64,000 nucleotides of DNA, from NCBI GenBank assembly GCA_910577845.1, contig CAJTNA010000003.1:72229-136228 (forward strand), read 5' to 3'. The number at the start of each line of letters is the position of its first letter. Position 1 is the first letter of the stretch. The stretch comes from an uncultured Christensenella sp. (lineage in GTDB: Bacteria > Bacillota > Clostridia > Christensenellales > UBA3700). A model generated the notes under the pieces. The model was not told the origin of the DNA and did no database searches. It was given only the letters and a program-made list of their open reading frames with translations. Positions 9,584-20,181 of the stretch are shown piece after piece. Position numbers and translations under genes: made by a program.

Positions 9584-11452
9584 CTACTCTTTACATTTTA
9601 AAAACATAACACTGTTAGGTTCAATTTCAAGTGTAATGTGATAATCTTGTCCGTGTAGCCCACCTTTCTTTGCTCTATAAGACTTGTTTTTAATCTTATG
9701 ACCGCCAAATTTTTCAAGCGAACTATCAAGTTTTACGCTGTAACTACCATTCTTTGGCACGCCCATATCATACTTTTCTCTTTTAACTGGTGAGAAGTTT
9801 ACAACAACAACAGTAAATTTCCCGTCCTTTGCATATCTAACAAAAGATACTATATTTTGAACATTGTCATCAACAACAAGCCACTTAAAGCCGTCATAAC
9901 TACAATCTTGTTCGTACATTTCTTTATTTTCAAGATAATACTTATTTAGCACTTGAACAAAATCTTGCAGTTTCTTATGCTTGTCATATTCAAGCAACAG
10001 CCAGTCCAAACCTTGTTTATAATTCCACTCTATAAATTGTCCAAACTCATTACCCATAAATGACAATTTCTTTCCAGGGTGTCCAATCATATAGCCATAA
10101 AAAGCTTTCAATTCCTCAAACTTATCGTCATAGTATAATGGCATTTTTCCAATCATACTACACTTTCCGTGTACAACTTCATCGTGTGACAAAGGCAAAA
10201 TATAATTTTCTGAATAAGCATATGTGATAGAAAAAGTAACTTTATTATGATTATCTTTCCTAAAGAATGGGTCAAGTGATACATAACTTAACATATCATT
10301 CATCCATCCCATATTCCATTTATAGCTAAAGCCAAGTCCGCCGTCCTCTGTAGGTTTAGTCACCATAGGGAAAGCGGTAGACTCTTCCGCCACCATAATA
10401 GCACCCTTATGAATAGTCAAACAAGTTTTATTCAAATCTTTCAAAAAGTCGATTGCTTCCAAATTATAATTACCGCCAAAGCAGTTTGGTCGCCATTCGC
10501 CATTTCTTCTGCCATAGTCAAGATACAACATACTAGCTACTGCATCAACTCTTATTCCGTCAATATGGTACTCACTAAGCCAGTACATTGCAGAAGATAT
10601 CAAGAATGATTTTACCTCATTTTTGCTGTAGTCAAATATTCTTGTTCCCCATTCCTTATGCTCGCACTTTAACTCATCAGAATACTCATAAAGCCTTGTG
10701 CCGTCAAATTCCATTAAGCCGTGTTCGTCTTTTGGAAAATGTGCAACAACCCAATCAAGAATAACACTTATACCCGCCTTATGACATTTATCTATAAAGT
10801 ACATAAAGTCCTTAGGCAAGCCGTATCTTGAAGTTGGTGCAAAAAATCCCGTTGCTTGGTATCCCCAAGACCCGTCAAACGGATATTCCGTCATAGGTAA
10901 AAGTTCAATATGAGTATAACCCATTTTTTTAACATATGGTATTAATTCCCTTGCCATATCTCTATAGCTATAATAATTGCCGTCTGGATATTGCTTCCAA
11001 GAACCAAAATGCAACTCATATACATTTATAGGTTTATCAAAAGTACTTGAATTGTCACGATTGGCTATCCATTCCTCATCTGTCCAATTATATTTATCAA
11101 GTTCATAAACTTTAGAAGCATTTTGAGGTGCAGTTTCTGCGTGAACCGCATAAGGGTCACACTTTAAAACTTTACTGCCATCTTTTTTGAAAATACAAAA
11201 CTTATATGCATCATATTTTTGAGGTTTAGCAGTAACACATTCCCATATTCCATCGGAAATTAATTCGAACTTGTCCACACCCGATTGCCAATGATTAAAA
11301 TCTCCTACTAGGTGCACTGCCAAAGCATTTGGTGCCCAAACACGAAACACCCAATTTTTTCCTTCCTTATGAGGGCTGAAAAATTTATATGACTGATAAT
11401 TCTTGCCTTCGTGATACAAATAAATAGGCAAATCTTTTTGCGTATTATTCAT
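9584..11452 (-). CDS. glgB: 1,4-alpha-glucan branching enzyme (GH13)
   Basis: 622-aa ORF with the GH13 regions '[15 protein letters not shown]', '[10 protein letters not shown]' and '[12 protein letters not shown]', plus an N-terminal CBM48-like segment. RBS is AGGGGGG. Confidence 0.95.
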   Translation of the reverse strand: MNNTQKDLPIYLYHEGKNYQSYKFFSPHKEGKNWVFRVWAPNALAVHLVGDFNHWQSGVDKFELISDGIWECVTAKPQKYDAYKFCIFKKDGSKVLKCDPYAVHAETAPQNASKVYELDKYNWTDEEWIANRDNSSTFDKPINVYELHFGSWKQYPDGNYYSYRDMARELIPYVKKMGYTHIELLPMTEYPFDGSWGYQATGFFAPTSRYGLPKDFMYFIDKCHKAGISVILDWVVAHFPKDEHGLMEFDGTRLYEYSDELKCEHKEWGTRIFDYSKNEVKSFLISSAMYWLSEYHIDGIRVDAVASMLYLDYGRRNGEWRPNCFGGNYNLEAIDFLKDLNKTCLTIHKGAIMVAEESTAFPMVTKPTEDGGLGFSYKWNMGWMNDMLSYVSLDPFFRKDNHNKVTFSITYAYSENYILPLSHDEVVHGKCSMIGKMPLYYDDKFEELKAFYGYMIGHPGKKLSFMGNEFGQFIEWNYKQGLDWLLLEYDKHKKLQDFVQVLNKYYLENKEMYEQDCSYDGFKWLVVDDNVQNIVSFVRYAKDGKFTVVVVNFSPVKREKYDMGVPKNGSYSVKLDSSLEKFGGHKIKNKSYRAKKGGLHGQDYHITLEIEPNSVMFLKCKE

Positions 11453-11982
11453 ATACCCCCCTTTATCTATTTATTGTATATATTTTAACACATTTTACCA
11501 TATTCGTCAATACCCAATTTGTGAAAAAAGGCATTTTTCTGTAGATTTTATTAGATTTTAACATTAGCATAATTTAAAAGTTTGCTAACACTTAATAATA
11601 AAAACATTTTACTTCCATTTTTTTCTTTGATTTCAATGCTATAATAATAGTTACTTCACCAAACTTTTATGGTTTGAGAATCTAAATGTTTAGTAAGTTA
11701 GTCAACTAATAATATTTATTCTCTTTCAAAAACAAGCCAGCTTAAGCATATAAAATTATTGCAAACATTCACTATAATAAATCATTAGTATTCTCCCTAA
11801 TCAAAATAATAAAATTCACTAAAACGATTGCTACTTTAACGCCATTAAACATTTGCTATACTACCATTTACAAATATGTTGCTATAAAATAAATCCTAAT
11901 TTTAAAGACAAAATTACTAATTTTTCGAATCATTAATTTCGCAAAAATTTCAAAATAGTACCGATTTTCGATAGTTTTATTT

Positions 11983-12011
11983 AAAAAAGTGACGACAAAG
12001 CGTCACCTTTT
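11983..12011 (-). terminator. short terminator hairpin downstream of spoIVA
   Basis: GTGACG / CGTCAC stem with a 6-nt loop, flanked by an A-run and a T-run (TTTTTT on the minus strand). Confidence 0.45.
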
Positions 12012-12065
12012 TAAACAATGTAAGATTTATTCAAAGTAAACCCAAAGAGATTTATTACGCTACAT

Positions 12066-13529
12066 TTATAACAATACACAAAGTACTCCGCCCTTGCCCT
12101 CATTGACAATTCTGCAAACAGTTTTACGCATTTTGTTTTGAGCATCAGCTGGCATATTGTACATTTTTTGAGATAAGCCGTCTTTTGCTATATCGCACAA
12201 TTTTTTACCAAACATATTAGTTTGCCAAATTTCGTCCAAATTTTCCTTATATTCGCCCTCAAGATAATTTACCATTTCTTGTGCACTTGCACCAGTTGCG
12301 ATTATAGGATTAACGCTTGTTTGAATATCAACCTTCATAATATGCAAACAACTACATTCCGCAGTCATTTTTATATTCTTTTTGTTGCCATTAACTTCAA
12401 ATTCTGGAGTGTTATAACAAATCTCACTTTCATTAGGAACAACAATACCATAGCCAAATTGTTCTACTGACTCAAGTGCTTTATCCATTTTACTTGAAAT
12501 TTTTATTGCACGACTTGCATTTTTGATATAACCAAACAATGCAGACTCGTCTTTAACATCAACTCCACAGCAATCACTCAAAACTTGGTAGAATAACTCC
12601 TCTTTTGGCATAATGTTAATTGCAATACTTCCATCATCAAAATGTACATTTATGTTATCTACATTATTAAAATCTGTATCATTATCAAAAATATCTTTTA
12701 ATTTTGTATAGTCACACATTTTATTAACATTAACAATTTTATCTGCAATCGCACCCATTACTTTGCTTATAAGCTCACTATCAAATGAAAGCATTTGCAT
12801 CCATTTAGGCAAATTTACTCCAATCATTCTAAGTGGAAATTCACCTAAAATACAACCAAGTAATTCTTGAATGTCACCTACTAACATTTTGCTTACATTC
12901 TTTGCAACAACTGTTACACCATACTTATTAGACATATCACTTACAAGTTTTTGAGTGTCTGCACTTTCTGGATTTTTAGTGTTAAGCAAAATGATAAATG
13001 GTTTATTTGTGCGTACCATATCTGCAATAATACGCTCCTCTGATTGCTCATAATCCCCACGTGCAAATTCAGTAATGCTACCATCAGTAGTTACAACAAT
13101 ACCAATAGTTGAGTGGTCACACATTACCTTTTTAGTACCAATCTCACCCGCTTCAGCAAACGGAATCTCGTGAGCAAACCAAGGTGAATTTACCATTCTA
13201 TCTTGATTTTCCACACCATTAACCATATATCCAACGCAGTCAATCAATCTTATATTAACATTAAGATTATCCGCCAAATCTACCTTAACTCCTTTGTCAG
13301 GCACAAATTGTGGTTGAGAAGTCATAACCGCCTTACCTGTCGCAGATTGTGGTAATTCGTCTACAATTCTTGACTTTTCATTTTCATCTTCCAATTTTGG
13401 CAAAACAAGCTCATCCATAAATTTTTTAATAAATGTTGACTTACCACTTCTAACTGGTCCAACCACTCCGATATAAATATCACCATTTGTTCTTTTTGCA
13501 ATGTCTTGATAAATAGTTACGCTATCCAT
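12066..13529 (-). CDS. spoIVA: stage IV sporulation protein A (spore coat morphogenetic ATPase)
   Basis: 487-aa ORF. 'YQDIAKRTNGDIYIGVVGPVRSGKSTFIKKFM' (Walker A) and overall collinearity are characteristic of SpoIVA. RBS is GGAGGA. Confidence 0.93.
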   Translation of the reverse strand: MDSVTIYQDIAKRTNGDIYIGVVGPVRSGKSTFIKKFMDELVLPKLEDENEKSRIVDELPQSATGKAVMTSQPQFVPDKGVKVDLADNLNVNIRLIDCVGYMVNGVENQDRMVNSPWFAHEIPFAEAGEIGTKKVMCDHSTIGIVVTTDGSITEFARGDYEQSEERIIADMVRTNKPFIILLNTKNPESADTQKLVSDMSNKYGVTVVAKNVSKMLVGDIQELLGCILGEFPLRMIGVNLPKWMQMLSFDSELISKVMGAIADKIVNVNKMCDYTKLKDIFDNDTDFNNVDNINVHFDDGSIAINIMPKEELFYQVLSDCCGVDVKDESALFGYIKNASRAIKISSKMDKALESVEQFGYGIVVPNESEICYNTPEFEVNGNKKNIKMTAECSCLHIMKVDIQTSVNPIIATGASAQEMVNYLEGEYKENLDEIWQTNMFGKKLCDIAKDGLSQKMYNMPADAQNKMRKTVCRIVNEGKGGVLCVLL

Positions 13530-13754
13530 TCTCTATCCTCCAAACCTTTATCATTATAGAATATTGCGTACTTATTCCAATTATGCAAACAAATTGTATT
13601 TTTTTTGCAAAAAATTAATTTTAACCACCTTATTTAAAGTCAAATAATTAATTTGTATAAAAGATAGACTAATGCTTTATACACTTTATAATCTATTTTG
13701 TTGCTTTTTGTGTTTTTTAATGATATAATTAAGTCAATAATTATTTAGAGGCAA

Positions 13755-14504
13755 ATGATGAAAAAATTAAATTACAGCCAAAAAAGACAGATTGTTTTAT
13801 CCGCTATTGCAGTTATTACATTAATAATTGTAGTACTAGGCTGTGTTTTATTAATTTATTTTATATATGGTCAAGCACTATTCTCTGCTAAAAGTATTCA
13901 ACTAAAAAAAGCAGAGGAATATGCGGAACTTACAAGTACAACACAAAAAAACGGAGTGGTATTTGTTGGTGACAGCATTTTTGAATTATATAAATTAGAC
14001 AAATACTACAAAGGTAAAGATTATATAAACCGTGGTATTTCAAGCAACAAATCCGCAGATGTTTTAGCAAGACTTCAATCAAATGTAATAGACTTAGAAC
14101 CTAATATGGTAATAATTCACGTTGGCACAAACGATATTGGACATTTTGTCAGTGATGAAGATTATTTATATAATATGTCTCAAATTATAGATAACATTCA
14201 AACACAACTACCTGAATGTAAAATCTTGATTGATTCAATTTATCCAACTAGAAGACTTAATAATTACAATTCAATCAATCTTACCAAAACTCGTGACAAT
14301 AAAAAGATTAGGAATGTTAATGAAAAATTAAAAAATCTTTGTGTCGTTAAAAATGTAAAATATATAAACACTCATAACCAATTACTTAATGGTGAGGAAT
14401 TGCATAGAGATTATACCATTGACGGACTACATTTAAATGACTTAGGTTATAAAGTTGCAAGTAATGAAATAACAAAGGAAATCAATCAACTACTAATAGA
14501 TTAA
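13755..14504 (+). CDS. SGNH/GDSL-family hydrolase with N-terminal membrane anchor
   Basis: 249-aa ORF with an N-terminal TM span, block I 'VVFVGDSIFE', block III 'GTNDIG' and block V 'DGLHLN'. Confidence 0.8.
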   Translation: MMKKLNYSQKRQIVLSAIAVITLIIVVLGCVLLIYFIYGQALFSAKSIQLKKAEEYAELTSTTQKNGVVFVGDSIFELYKLDKYYKGKDYINRGISSNKSADVLARLQSNVIDLEPNMVIIHVGTNDIGHFVSDEDYLYNMSQIIDNIQTQLPECKILIDSIYPTRRLNNYNSINLTKTRDNKKIRNVNEKLKNLCVVKNVKYINTHNQLLNGEELHRDYTIDGLHLNDLGYKVASNEITKEINQLLID

Positions 14505-14516
14505 AATACTAATAAA

Positions 14517-14548
14517 GCCAAGAGTTTGTAAAAAACTCTTGGCTTTTT
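14517..14548 (+). terminator. intrinsic terminator of the GDSL hydrolase gene
   Basis: GCCAAGAGTT (14517-14526) pairs with AACTCTTGGC (14534-14543), followed by TTTTT. Confidence 0.75.
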
Positions 14549-14813
14549 ATATTTGAAATTTAAAATTTTTGTTTAATTTAAAAAATGATAATATTTTAAT
14601 GTAACAAAGTAATCATTATTGCTTGTTTTCCTTTGCTATTAGAATTCTCCATTCTTTTTAAACAAATAGAGTAAAGCTTATCATAAAAAGCTTGAACTTT
14701 ATCAAACTTTTATTTTTAATTATATATGAATTAAATAAACAATATTATAATAAACTAATTAAACTCTAAAATGATAAATAGATTATTTAAATACTAAATT
14801 TATTGTTTATTGT

Positions 14814-17159
14814 TTAAACACCAATCTGTTTTAACAATTTTACCATTTGCCGTGGGTCACTACTATAATAGTCCGCTCCAATCTCTTTTGCGACATTTTC
14901 ATTAAGCACTGCACCGCCAACAAAAATTACAATATTATCATCCACACTACGAACGGCTTTAATTGTGCGTTCCATATTTTTAACAGTTGTAGTCATTAAT
15001 GCGGATAGTCCTAATACTTTTGGTTTATGCTCCAAAACACTTTCTACAACTTTCTCAACTTTAACATCTCTACCTAAATCAATAATATTATATCCGTAAT
15101 TTTGCAAAACTGTTTTTACAATATTCTTTCCTATATCGTGAACATCACCCTCAACTGTTGCAAGCAAAACTTTTGCTCCATTCATTTCAATATTATCGCC
15201 TAGTGACAATTTGATAATATCACAGACACTTTTTGCCACCTCTGCAGAACTTATAAGTTGAGGCAAAAATAACTTTCCACTTTCATACAAATCACCAACA
15301 ATGTCCAACGCAGGGATAACTTGTCCCTCTATAATATCAAGTCCATTTTGTGTTTGCAATAAACTTTTAACTTTTTGTTCCGCCTTACTCTTAAGTGACT
15401 TTATAATACAATCTTTTAAATCGCAATCTATTTCAACATTTGTTACTTTAGTTTCTACATTTGCATAATTCTCAATATATTGAGTACCTTTAACATCCGC
15501 ACCACTAATCAAATTATACACTCTAAAGCTTTGCATCATCTCTGCAATGTTAGGATTGATAATAGCTAAATCCAAACCAAAGCTCAATGCCATAGTTAAA
15601 AAGTGGCTATTAACAATTATCCTTTGTGGCAGACCAAATGAAATGTTTGATACGCCAAGTACTGTTTTTACCCCTAGCTTTTGTTTTACAAGTGCAACCG
15701 CCCTCAAAGTTTTCATTGCTTGCTCTTGCTCTGCACCAACCGTTAAGGTCAAACAATCAATTATTATGTCTTCCTTTTTAATACCGATTTTCGTTGCTTT
15801 TTCAACTATCTTTTCAGCAATTTGCAATCTTTTTTCTACGCTATCTGGTACACCATTTTTATCAAGGGTAAGTCCTAATACCATTGCTCCATATTTTTTA
15901 GCTACTGGCAAAATTTTATCAAGTACTTCGTCATCACCATTAACAGAATTTATAATTACTTTACCATTTGCATATCTTACGCCTGCCTCAACAGCTTTGG
16001 GGTCACTACTATCAATTTGCAAAGGCAAATCAACTACGCCTTGCACAACTTTAACGGCAAGTTTCATCATTTCTGCCTCGTCAATGTTAGGCACACCCAT
16101 ATTTATATCAAGTATATCTGCTCCAGCTTGATATTGCTCTACAGCTTGACTTTCAAAATATCCAATATCTCTATCGTTAATTGCTTGTCGCATTAATTTT
16201 TTGCCAGTAGGATTAATTCTCTCACCAATAATCTTTGGGCTATCAAGCTCTAAATATCTTGTGCCACTAGCAAGGCAAGAGCATTTGTCAACTTCTCTTT
16301 TTACAATTTTACAGCCGTCAATCTTTTTCTTAAGTTCCGCAATATATTTTTCGTCAGTTCCACAGCAACCGCCTACCAATGCTACACCTTTTTTCACAAA
16401 TTTTGCCATAACTTCGGCAAACTCTTCCGCAGTTACATCATATTCTGTTTTCCCATTACGTATAACTGGCAACCCAGCATTTGGCTTTAGCATTATAGGC
16501 AAACTGCACTTATTAACCAATATGTCTACTATGCCATCCAATTGCTTTGGTCCAAGTGAACAATTAGCACCTAATGCATTAACTCCAAGTCCCTCCATCG
16601 TAGCAATCATAGCTTCAATAGGTGTTCCAGCAAAAGTCCTTTTGTTTTGGTCAAAACTCATAGAGCAAATAACTGGTTTATTGCTGTTTTCCTTAACAGC
16701 AAGCACTGCGGCTTTTAGCTCATATAAATCACTCATTGTTTCAATAACAAACAAATCAACGCTATCTTTGGCAATACAAACGATTTCCTTAAAAGTTTCA
16801 TAAGCAGTATCAAAAGTCACACTACCAATCGGCTCAAGCAATTCACCAATACTGCCCATATCTAAAGCTACATATCCATGCCCAACCTCTTTTGTTGCAT
16901 CTCTTGCAATCTTTATAGCACTTTCTATTACCTCTTTATAAGGATAATTTTTCATCTTTATTGCATTTGCACCAAATGTATTTGTGTAAATAATATCCGC
17001 ACCTGCTTTTAAGTATTTGATATGAATATCATACACTATTTGAGGGTCAGTCAAATTTAACATTTCAGGCTTGTCACCCACTTTTAGTCCCGATTTTTGA
17101 AGCATTGTTCCCATTGCTCCATCTAAAATCAAAACTTTTTTACCAAATAAATTTACCAT
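14814..17159 (-). CDS. metH: cobalamin-dependent methionine synthase lacking the C-terminal activation domain (Hcy-binding + pterin-binding + B12-binding modules)
   Basis: 781-aa ORF. N-terminal homocysteine S-methyltransferase region ('LILDGAMGTMLQ', 'GGCCGT'). Central pterin-binding barrel. C-terminal B12 motif 'EGDVHDIGKNIV' (DxHxxG). Confidence 0.9.
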   Translation of the reverse strand: MVNLFGKKVLILDGAMGTMLQKSGLKVGDKPEMLNLTDPQIVYDIHIKYLKAGADIIYTNTFGANAIKMKNYPYKEVIESAIKIARDATKEVGHGYVALDMGSIGELLEPIGSVTFDTAYETFKEIVCIAKDSVDLFVIETMSDLYELKAAVLAVKENSNKPVICSMSFDQNKRTFAGTPIEAMIATMEGLGVNALGANCSLGPKQLDGIVDILVNKCSLPIMLKPNAGLPVIRNGKTEYDVTAEEFAEVMAKFVKKGVALVGGCCGTDEKYIAELKKKIDGCKIVKREVDKCSCLASGTRYLELDSPKIIGERINPTGKKLMRQAINDRDIGYFESQAVEQYQAGADILDINMGVPNIDEAEMMKLAVKVVQGVVDLPLQIDSSDPKAVEAGVRYANGKVIINSVNGDDEVLDKILPVAKKYGAMVLGLTLDKNGVPDSVEKRLQIAEKIVEKATKIGIKKEDIIIDCLTLTVGAEQEQAMKTLRAVALVKQKLGVKTVLGVSNISFGLPQRIIVNSHFLTMALSFGLDLAIINPNIAEMMQSFRVYNLISGADVKGTQYIENYANVETKVTNVEIDCDLKDCIIKSLKSKAEQKVKSLLQTQNGLDIIEGQVIPALDIVGDLYESGKLFLPQLISSAEVAKSVCDIIKLSLGDNIEMNGAKVLLATVEGDVHDIGKNIVKTVLQNYGYNIIDLGRDVKVEKVVESVLEHKPKVLGLSALMTTTVKNMERTIKAVRSVDDNIVIFVGGAVLNENVAKEIGADYYSSDPRQMVKLLKQIGV

Positions 17160-17174
17160 ATATTATCCTCTAAA

Positions 17175-17825
17175 TTAAAAACTTTTTGCCTTGCTACACT
17201 TAACTTTACAATTGCCTTTTTGTGGGCAACTCAAACAAATATTACTAAACAATTGTGGTTTATTTGAAAAGCCTATAAACGCTGTAATAGACTTAAGTGG
17301 TGACATAAGGTAATTATCATTTACGCTTATTCCAAGAAATTTATCTGCACCCAAACTTGTTATCAAATGCTTTTGCAATTTAATGTCCAAATCACCATAT
17401 CCAGCACTAAATCTCATAGTTACGTATTTTTCTTTAAACTGCAATCGCAATTCCTCTTCCAAGCTATCCATTACACTCTCAACATACACGCTTGCTACTG
17501 CGTCCATTACAACTGACCTTTTCATATCCACTTTGCTATAATAATCTATCTTTCTGTCAACCGCCATTCCAAGAGTTACAGCCATAGTCGCAATTTGCTC
17601 ACATTCATAAAATAAATTGTTAATGTCATTGCTTATCAGCGAAATGCCTAAATCATTTAAATAATAAAAACCATCGCTTTTTTTGCAATCACTTACAACA
17701 CATATTTTTTTAGGTGTACAAAAAGTTAAAAGTTCGTCAAAAACATCATCAATTAAGCTATCAAATTCACAATCAACAGCCTTATAATTAAGATATTTTT
17801 TAACCAAACTTTTATCAATTTTCAT
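17175..17825 (-). CDS. stand-alone methionine synthase activation (AdoMet-binding) domain protein
   Basis: 216-aa ORF immediately upstream of metH. Its size and position match the separately encoded Met_synt_B12-type activation subunit seen in Clostridia and Thermotogae. The call rests on context plus weak sequence recall. Confidence 0.65.
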   Translation of the reverse strand: MKIDKSLVKKYLNYKAVDCEFDSLIDDVFDELLTFCTPKKICVVSDCKKSDGFYYLNDLGISLISNDINNLFYECEQIATMAVTLGMAVDRKIDYYSKVDMKRSVVMDAVASVYVESVMDSLEEELRLQFKEKYVTMRFSAGYGDLDIKLQKHLITSLGADKFLGISVNDNYLMSPLKSITAFIGFSNKPQLFSNICLSCPQKGNCKVKCSKAKSF

Positions 17826-17839
17826 AAAACCTCAAATAC

Positions 17840-18706
17840 TTAATATGTAAGCAACCCTTTAACGCAGTTGAAAATCCTTACTGCAACCGCTGGGTTATTC
17901 ATAGTATATAAATGAATACCGCTAATATCACTTGAAAGTAGTTCCACTATCTGCTCAACCGCAAAGCTTGTACCTGCATCAAACATTGCATTATCGTTTT
18001 GACCATACTTTGCAATAAGCTTTGTAAGTTCTTTTGGCATACTTGCACCAGATAAGGAAATTATCCTCTCAATCTGTCTAGTGTTGGTGATAGGCATTAT
18101 ACCTGCTTGAATAGGTACTTCTATACCAGCAATGTCTGCCAAATCACGGAATCTATAAAATTCCTCATTATCAAAAAACATTTGAGTAATAAGCCCGCTT
18201 ACACCACTATCAACTTTTTTCTTAAGATTGATTATATCTTGCTTTTGTGATGGACTTTCATTATGTCCAGCTGGATAACACGCTGCAAGCACATTAAATT
18301 TATCACCCATTTTAGACTTAATATAGTAAATCAAATCACTTGCGTGTTCAAAATCACCTTTTTTAGTTACATTAGGATTTTTATCACCACGCAAAGCCAA
18401 AATATCATTTACACCTATTTTATTTAAAGAATGCAAAATCTCATCAATCTCTTCTTTCTGTGAACCTACACAAGTAAGATGTGCTACTGGTTTACTTTTG
18501 CCATTATCAGCAATTAGCTTGCACACCTCAACCGTTCTGTTGTCCTTTGCAGTACCACCCGCACCATAAGTTACACTAACAAAATCTGGCTTTAAATCTA
18601 AAAGTGAATCAGTTACCTCTTTTATCCTTTCAAAACTTGTACTTTGTTTAGGCGGAAACACTTCAAAAGAAAAAGAATGTCGCCTATAATTATTCTCATT
18701 TAACAT
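17840..18706 (-). CDS. metF: 5,10-methylenetetrahydrofolate reductase
   Basis: 288-aa ORF with 'FSFEVFPPK' and 'FVSVTYGAGG' N-terminal motifs and a 'LITQMFFD' region typical of MetF. Confidence 0.9.
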   Translation of the reverse strand: MLNENNYRRHSFSFEVFPPKQSTSFERIKEVTDSLLDLKPDFVSVTYGAGGTAKDNRTVEVCKLIADNGKSKPVAHLTCVGSQKEEIDEILHSLNKIGVNDILALRGDKNPNVTKKGDFEHASDLIYYIKSKMGDKFNVLAACYPAGHNESPSQKQDIINLKKKVDSGVSGLITQMFFDNEEFYRFRDLADIAGIEVPIQAGIMPITNTRQIERIISLSGASMPKELTKLIAKYGQNDNAMFDAGTSFAVEQIVELLSSDISGIHLYTMNNPAVAVRIFNCVKGLLTY

Positions 18707-18829
18707 ACAACACCTATCCTTACTAACGCAAAATATATTTCATTAGTTTTTTCACCTTATCATATTACCACAAAAGCTGTAAATTTGCAATTAAATAATA
18801 AAAATTTATAATTTATTATTATTACAATT

Positions 18830-19924
18830 TCAAATACTTACTTGTAATTTTGCTAATACTTTTTTAAATAGCGGTTCGCACTTTCTATAAAAATTCTTAA
18901 ACGCATTGCAATACTCAATACTAAGTTTTTCCCTCTTACACCCCCCGCCTCGGCAAATTTTAAAACATTCGCAACTTTTACATTTTTCATTTACTATATA
19001 AGATTCTTTTAAAAACTTAATAGCCTTTTCACACATAAAAATTGCACGAAAATCGGTATTATTTATATTTCCAAGTAACCACTCGTCTGTACAATAAAAA
19101 TCACACGGATATATATTGCCATTTCCCTCAATTACAAATTGCCTTGAACAAACACCATTCATACCGCATTGGCTAGCACTGCTACCAGCAAAAAGTCTAA
19201 CCAAATTATCCATACTACGTATACTTATGTAATTATCATTCAAAAAATCTTTTGCAAACAATTTAAAAAGCTTAATCAAATAATTTTGATATTGCAACTC
19301 TGTCATATAAAGCTCGCTTGTCTCATCACAATTAAACGGCTTTAAGCAAGGTATAAACTGCAAAAATTTATATCCTTTTGCCTTGAAATATCTATAAATA
19401 CTTTCCAGATTATCCGCAAAGTATCCAGTAACTACACTTAATATATTATAATCGACTTTATGCTTTTCCAATAACTCAATTCCCTTCTCAATGCTATCAA
19501 AAGAGCCACTACCATCTGCCATAACTCTAAATTTATTTGAAACAATATCACCGTCAAGACTAACACCAATTAAAAAATTATTTTTTTTAAAAAACTCTGC
19601 CCACTCATCATCTATAAGTGTTGCATTGGTCTGCAAACTATAATTTATTTTACCACTATAGCCTATACTCAGTGCCATATCCACAAAATGCTTAAAATAT
19701 TCCTTGCCCGCAAGCAAAGGTTCACCGCCTTGAAATACAATATATATAGTATCACCATTTGCAAAGTCTGTCGCTTTTTTTATCAAATTGTCAGCAGTAT
19801 CAAAACTCATAACACCAAGCTGTCCCTCCTTTCTACTACTTACAACTTGATTATAAAAACAATATTTACACCGCATATTACATAGCCCTGATGCAGGCTT
19901 AACCATTATTGACAATGCTGGCAT
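18830..19924 (-). CDS. radical SAM / SPASM-domain maturase (anaerobic sulfatase-maturase-like)
   Basis: 'CNMRCKYCFY' CxxxCxxC cluster. Cys-rich C-terminus 'CSRQFVIEGNGNIYPCDFYC' and 'CKSCECFKICRGGGC' (SPASM). I prefer the start at 19924 (MPALSIMVKP..., RBS GAGGT). The track start at 19966 has no RBS. Confidence 0.8.
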   Translation of the reverse strand: MPALSIMVKPASGLCNMRCKYCFYNQVVSSRKEGQLGVMSFDTADNLIKKATDFANGDTIYIVFQGGEPLLAGKEYFKHFVDMALSIGYSGKINYSLQTNATLIDDEWAEFFKKNNFLIGVSLDGDIVSNKFRVMADGSGSFDSIEKGIELLEKHKVDYNILSVVTGYFADNLESIYRYFKAKGYKFLQFIPCLKPFNCDETSELYMTELQYQNYLIKLFKLFAKDFLNDNYISIRSMDNLVRLFAGSSASQCGMNGVCSRQFVIEGNGNIYPCDFYCTDEWLLGNINNTDFRAIFMCEKAIKFLKESYIVNEKCKSCECFKICRGGGCKREKLSIEYCNAFKNFYRKCEPLFKKVLAKLQVSI

Positions 19925-20106
19925 ACCTTTTACCTCACTAAATAAAGTTTTGTAATGTCCAAACATTTAAAATTTAACTATTTTTTTAAATGTTATATTT
20001 TACATAATTATATCACGCATTTGATATTTATTCAATAGTTTATCTTGTAATTTTTGTAAAATATTACGAAAATCGGCACTAAAATAGAATTTTTTATAAA
20101 ACGCTA

Positions 20107-20135
20107 TTGCCAATTTGCTTTAAATGTGATATAAT
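20107..20135 (+). promoter_or_regulatory. sigma-70-type promoter of the MmcQ/YjbR-like gene
   Basis: TTGCCA (20107-20112), 17-nt spacer, TATAAT (20130-20135), with a TGn extended -10 (TGA). Confidence 0.6.
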
Positions 20136-20181
20136 GTTTAACGTAATCAATGTATTTAATTTGTGTACAAAAGGATAAGCT

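Noticed and set aside
15547-16803. Two long plus-strand ORFs (194 and 200 aa) inside metH.
   Set aside because: They are antisense to a highly conserved enzyme gene. The S/L/F/T-rich translations carry no motifs and are typical shadow ORFs.
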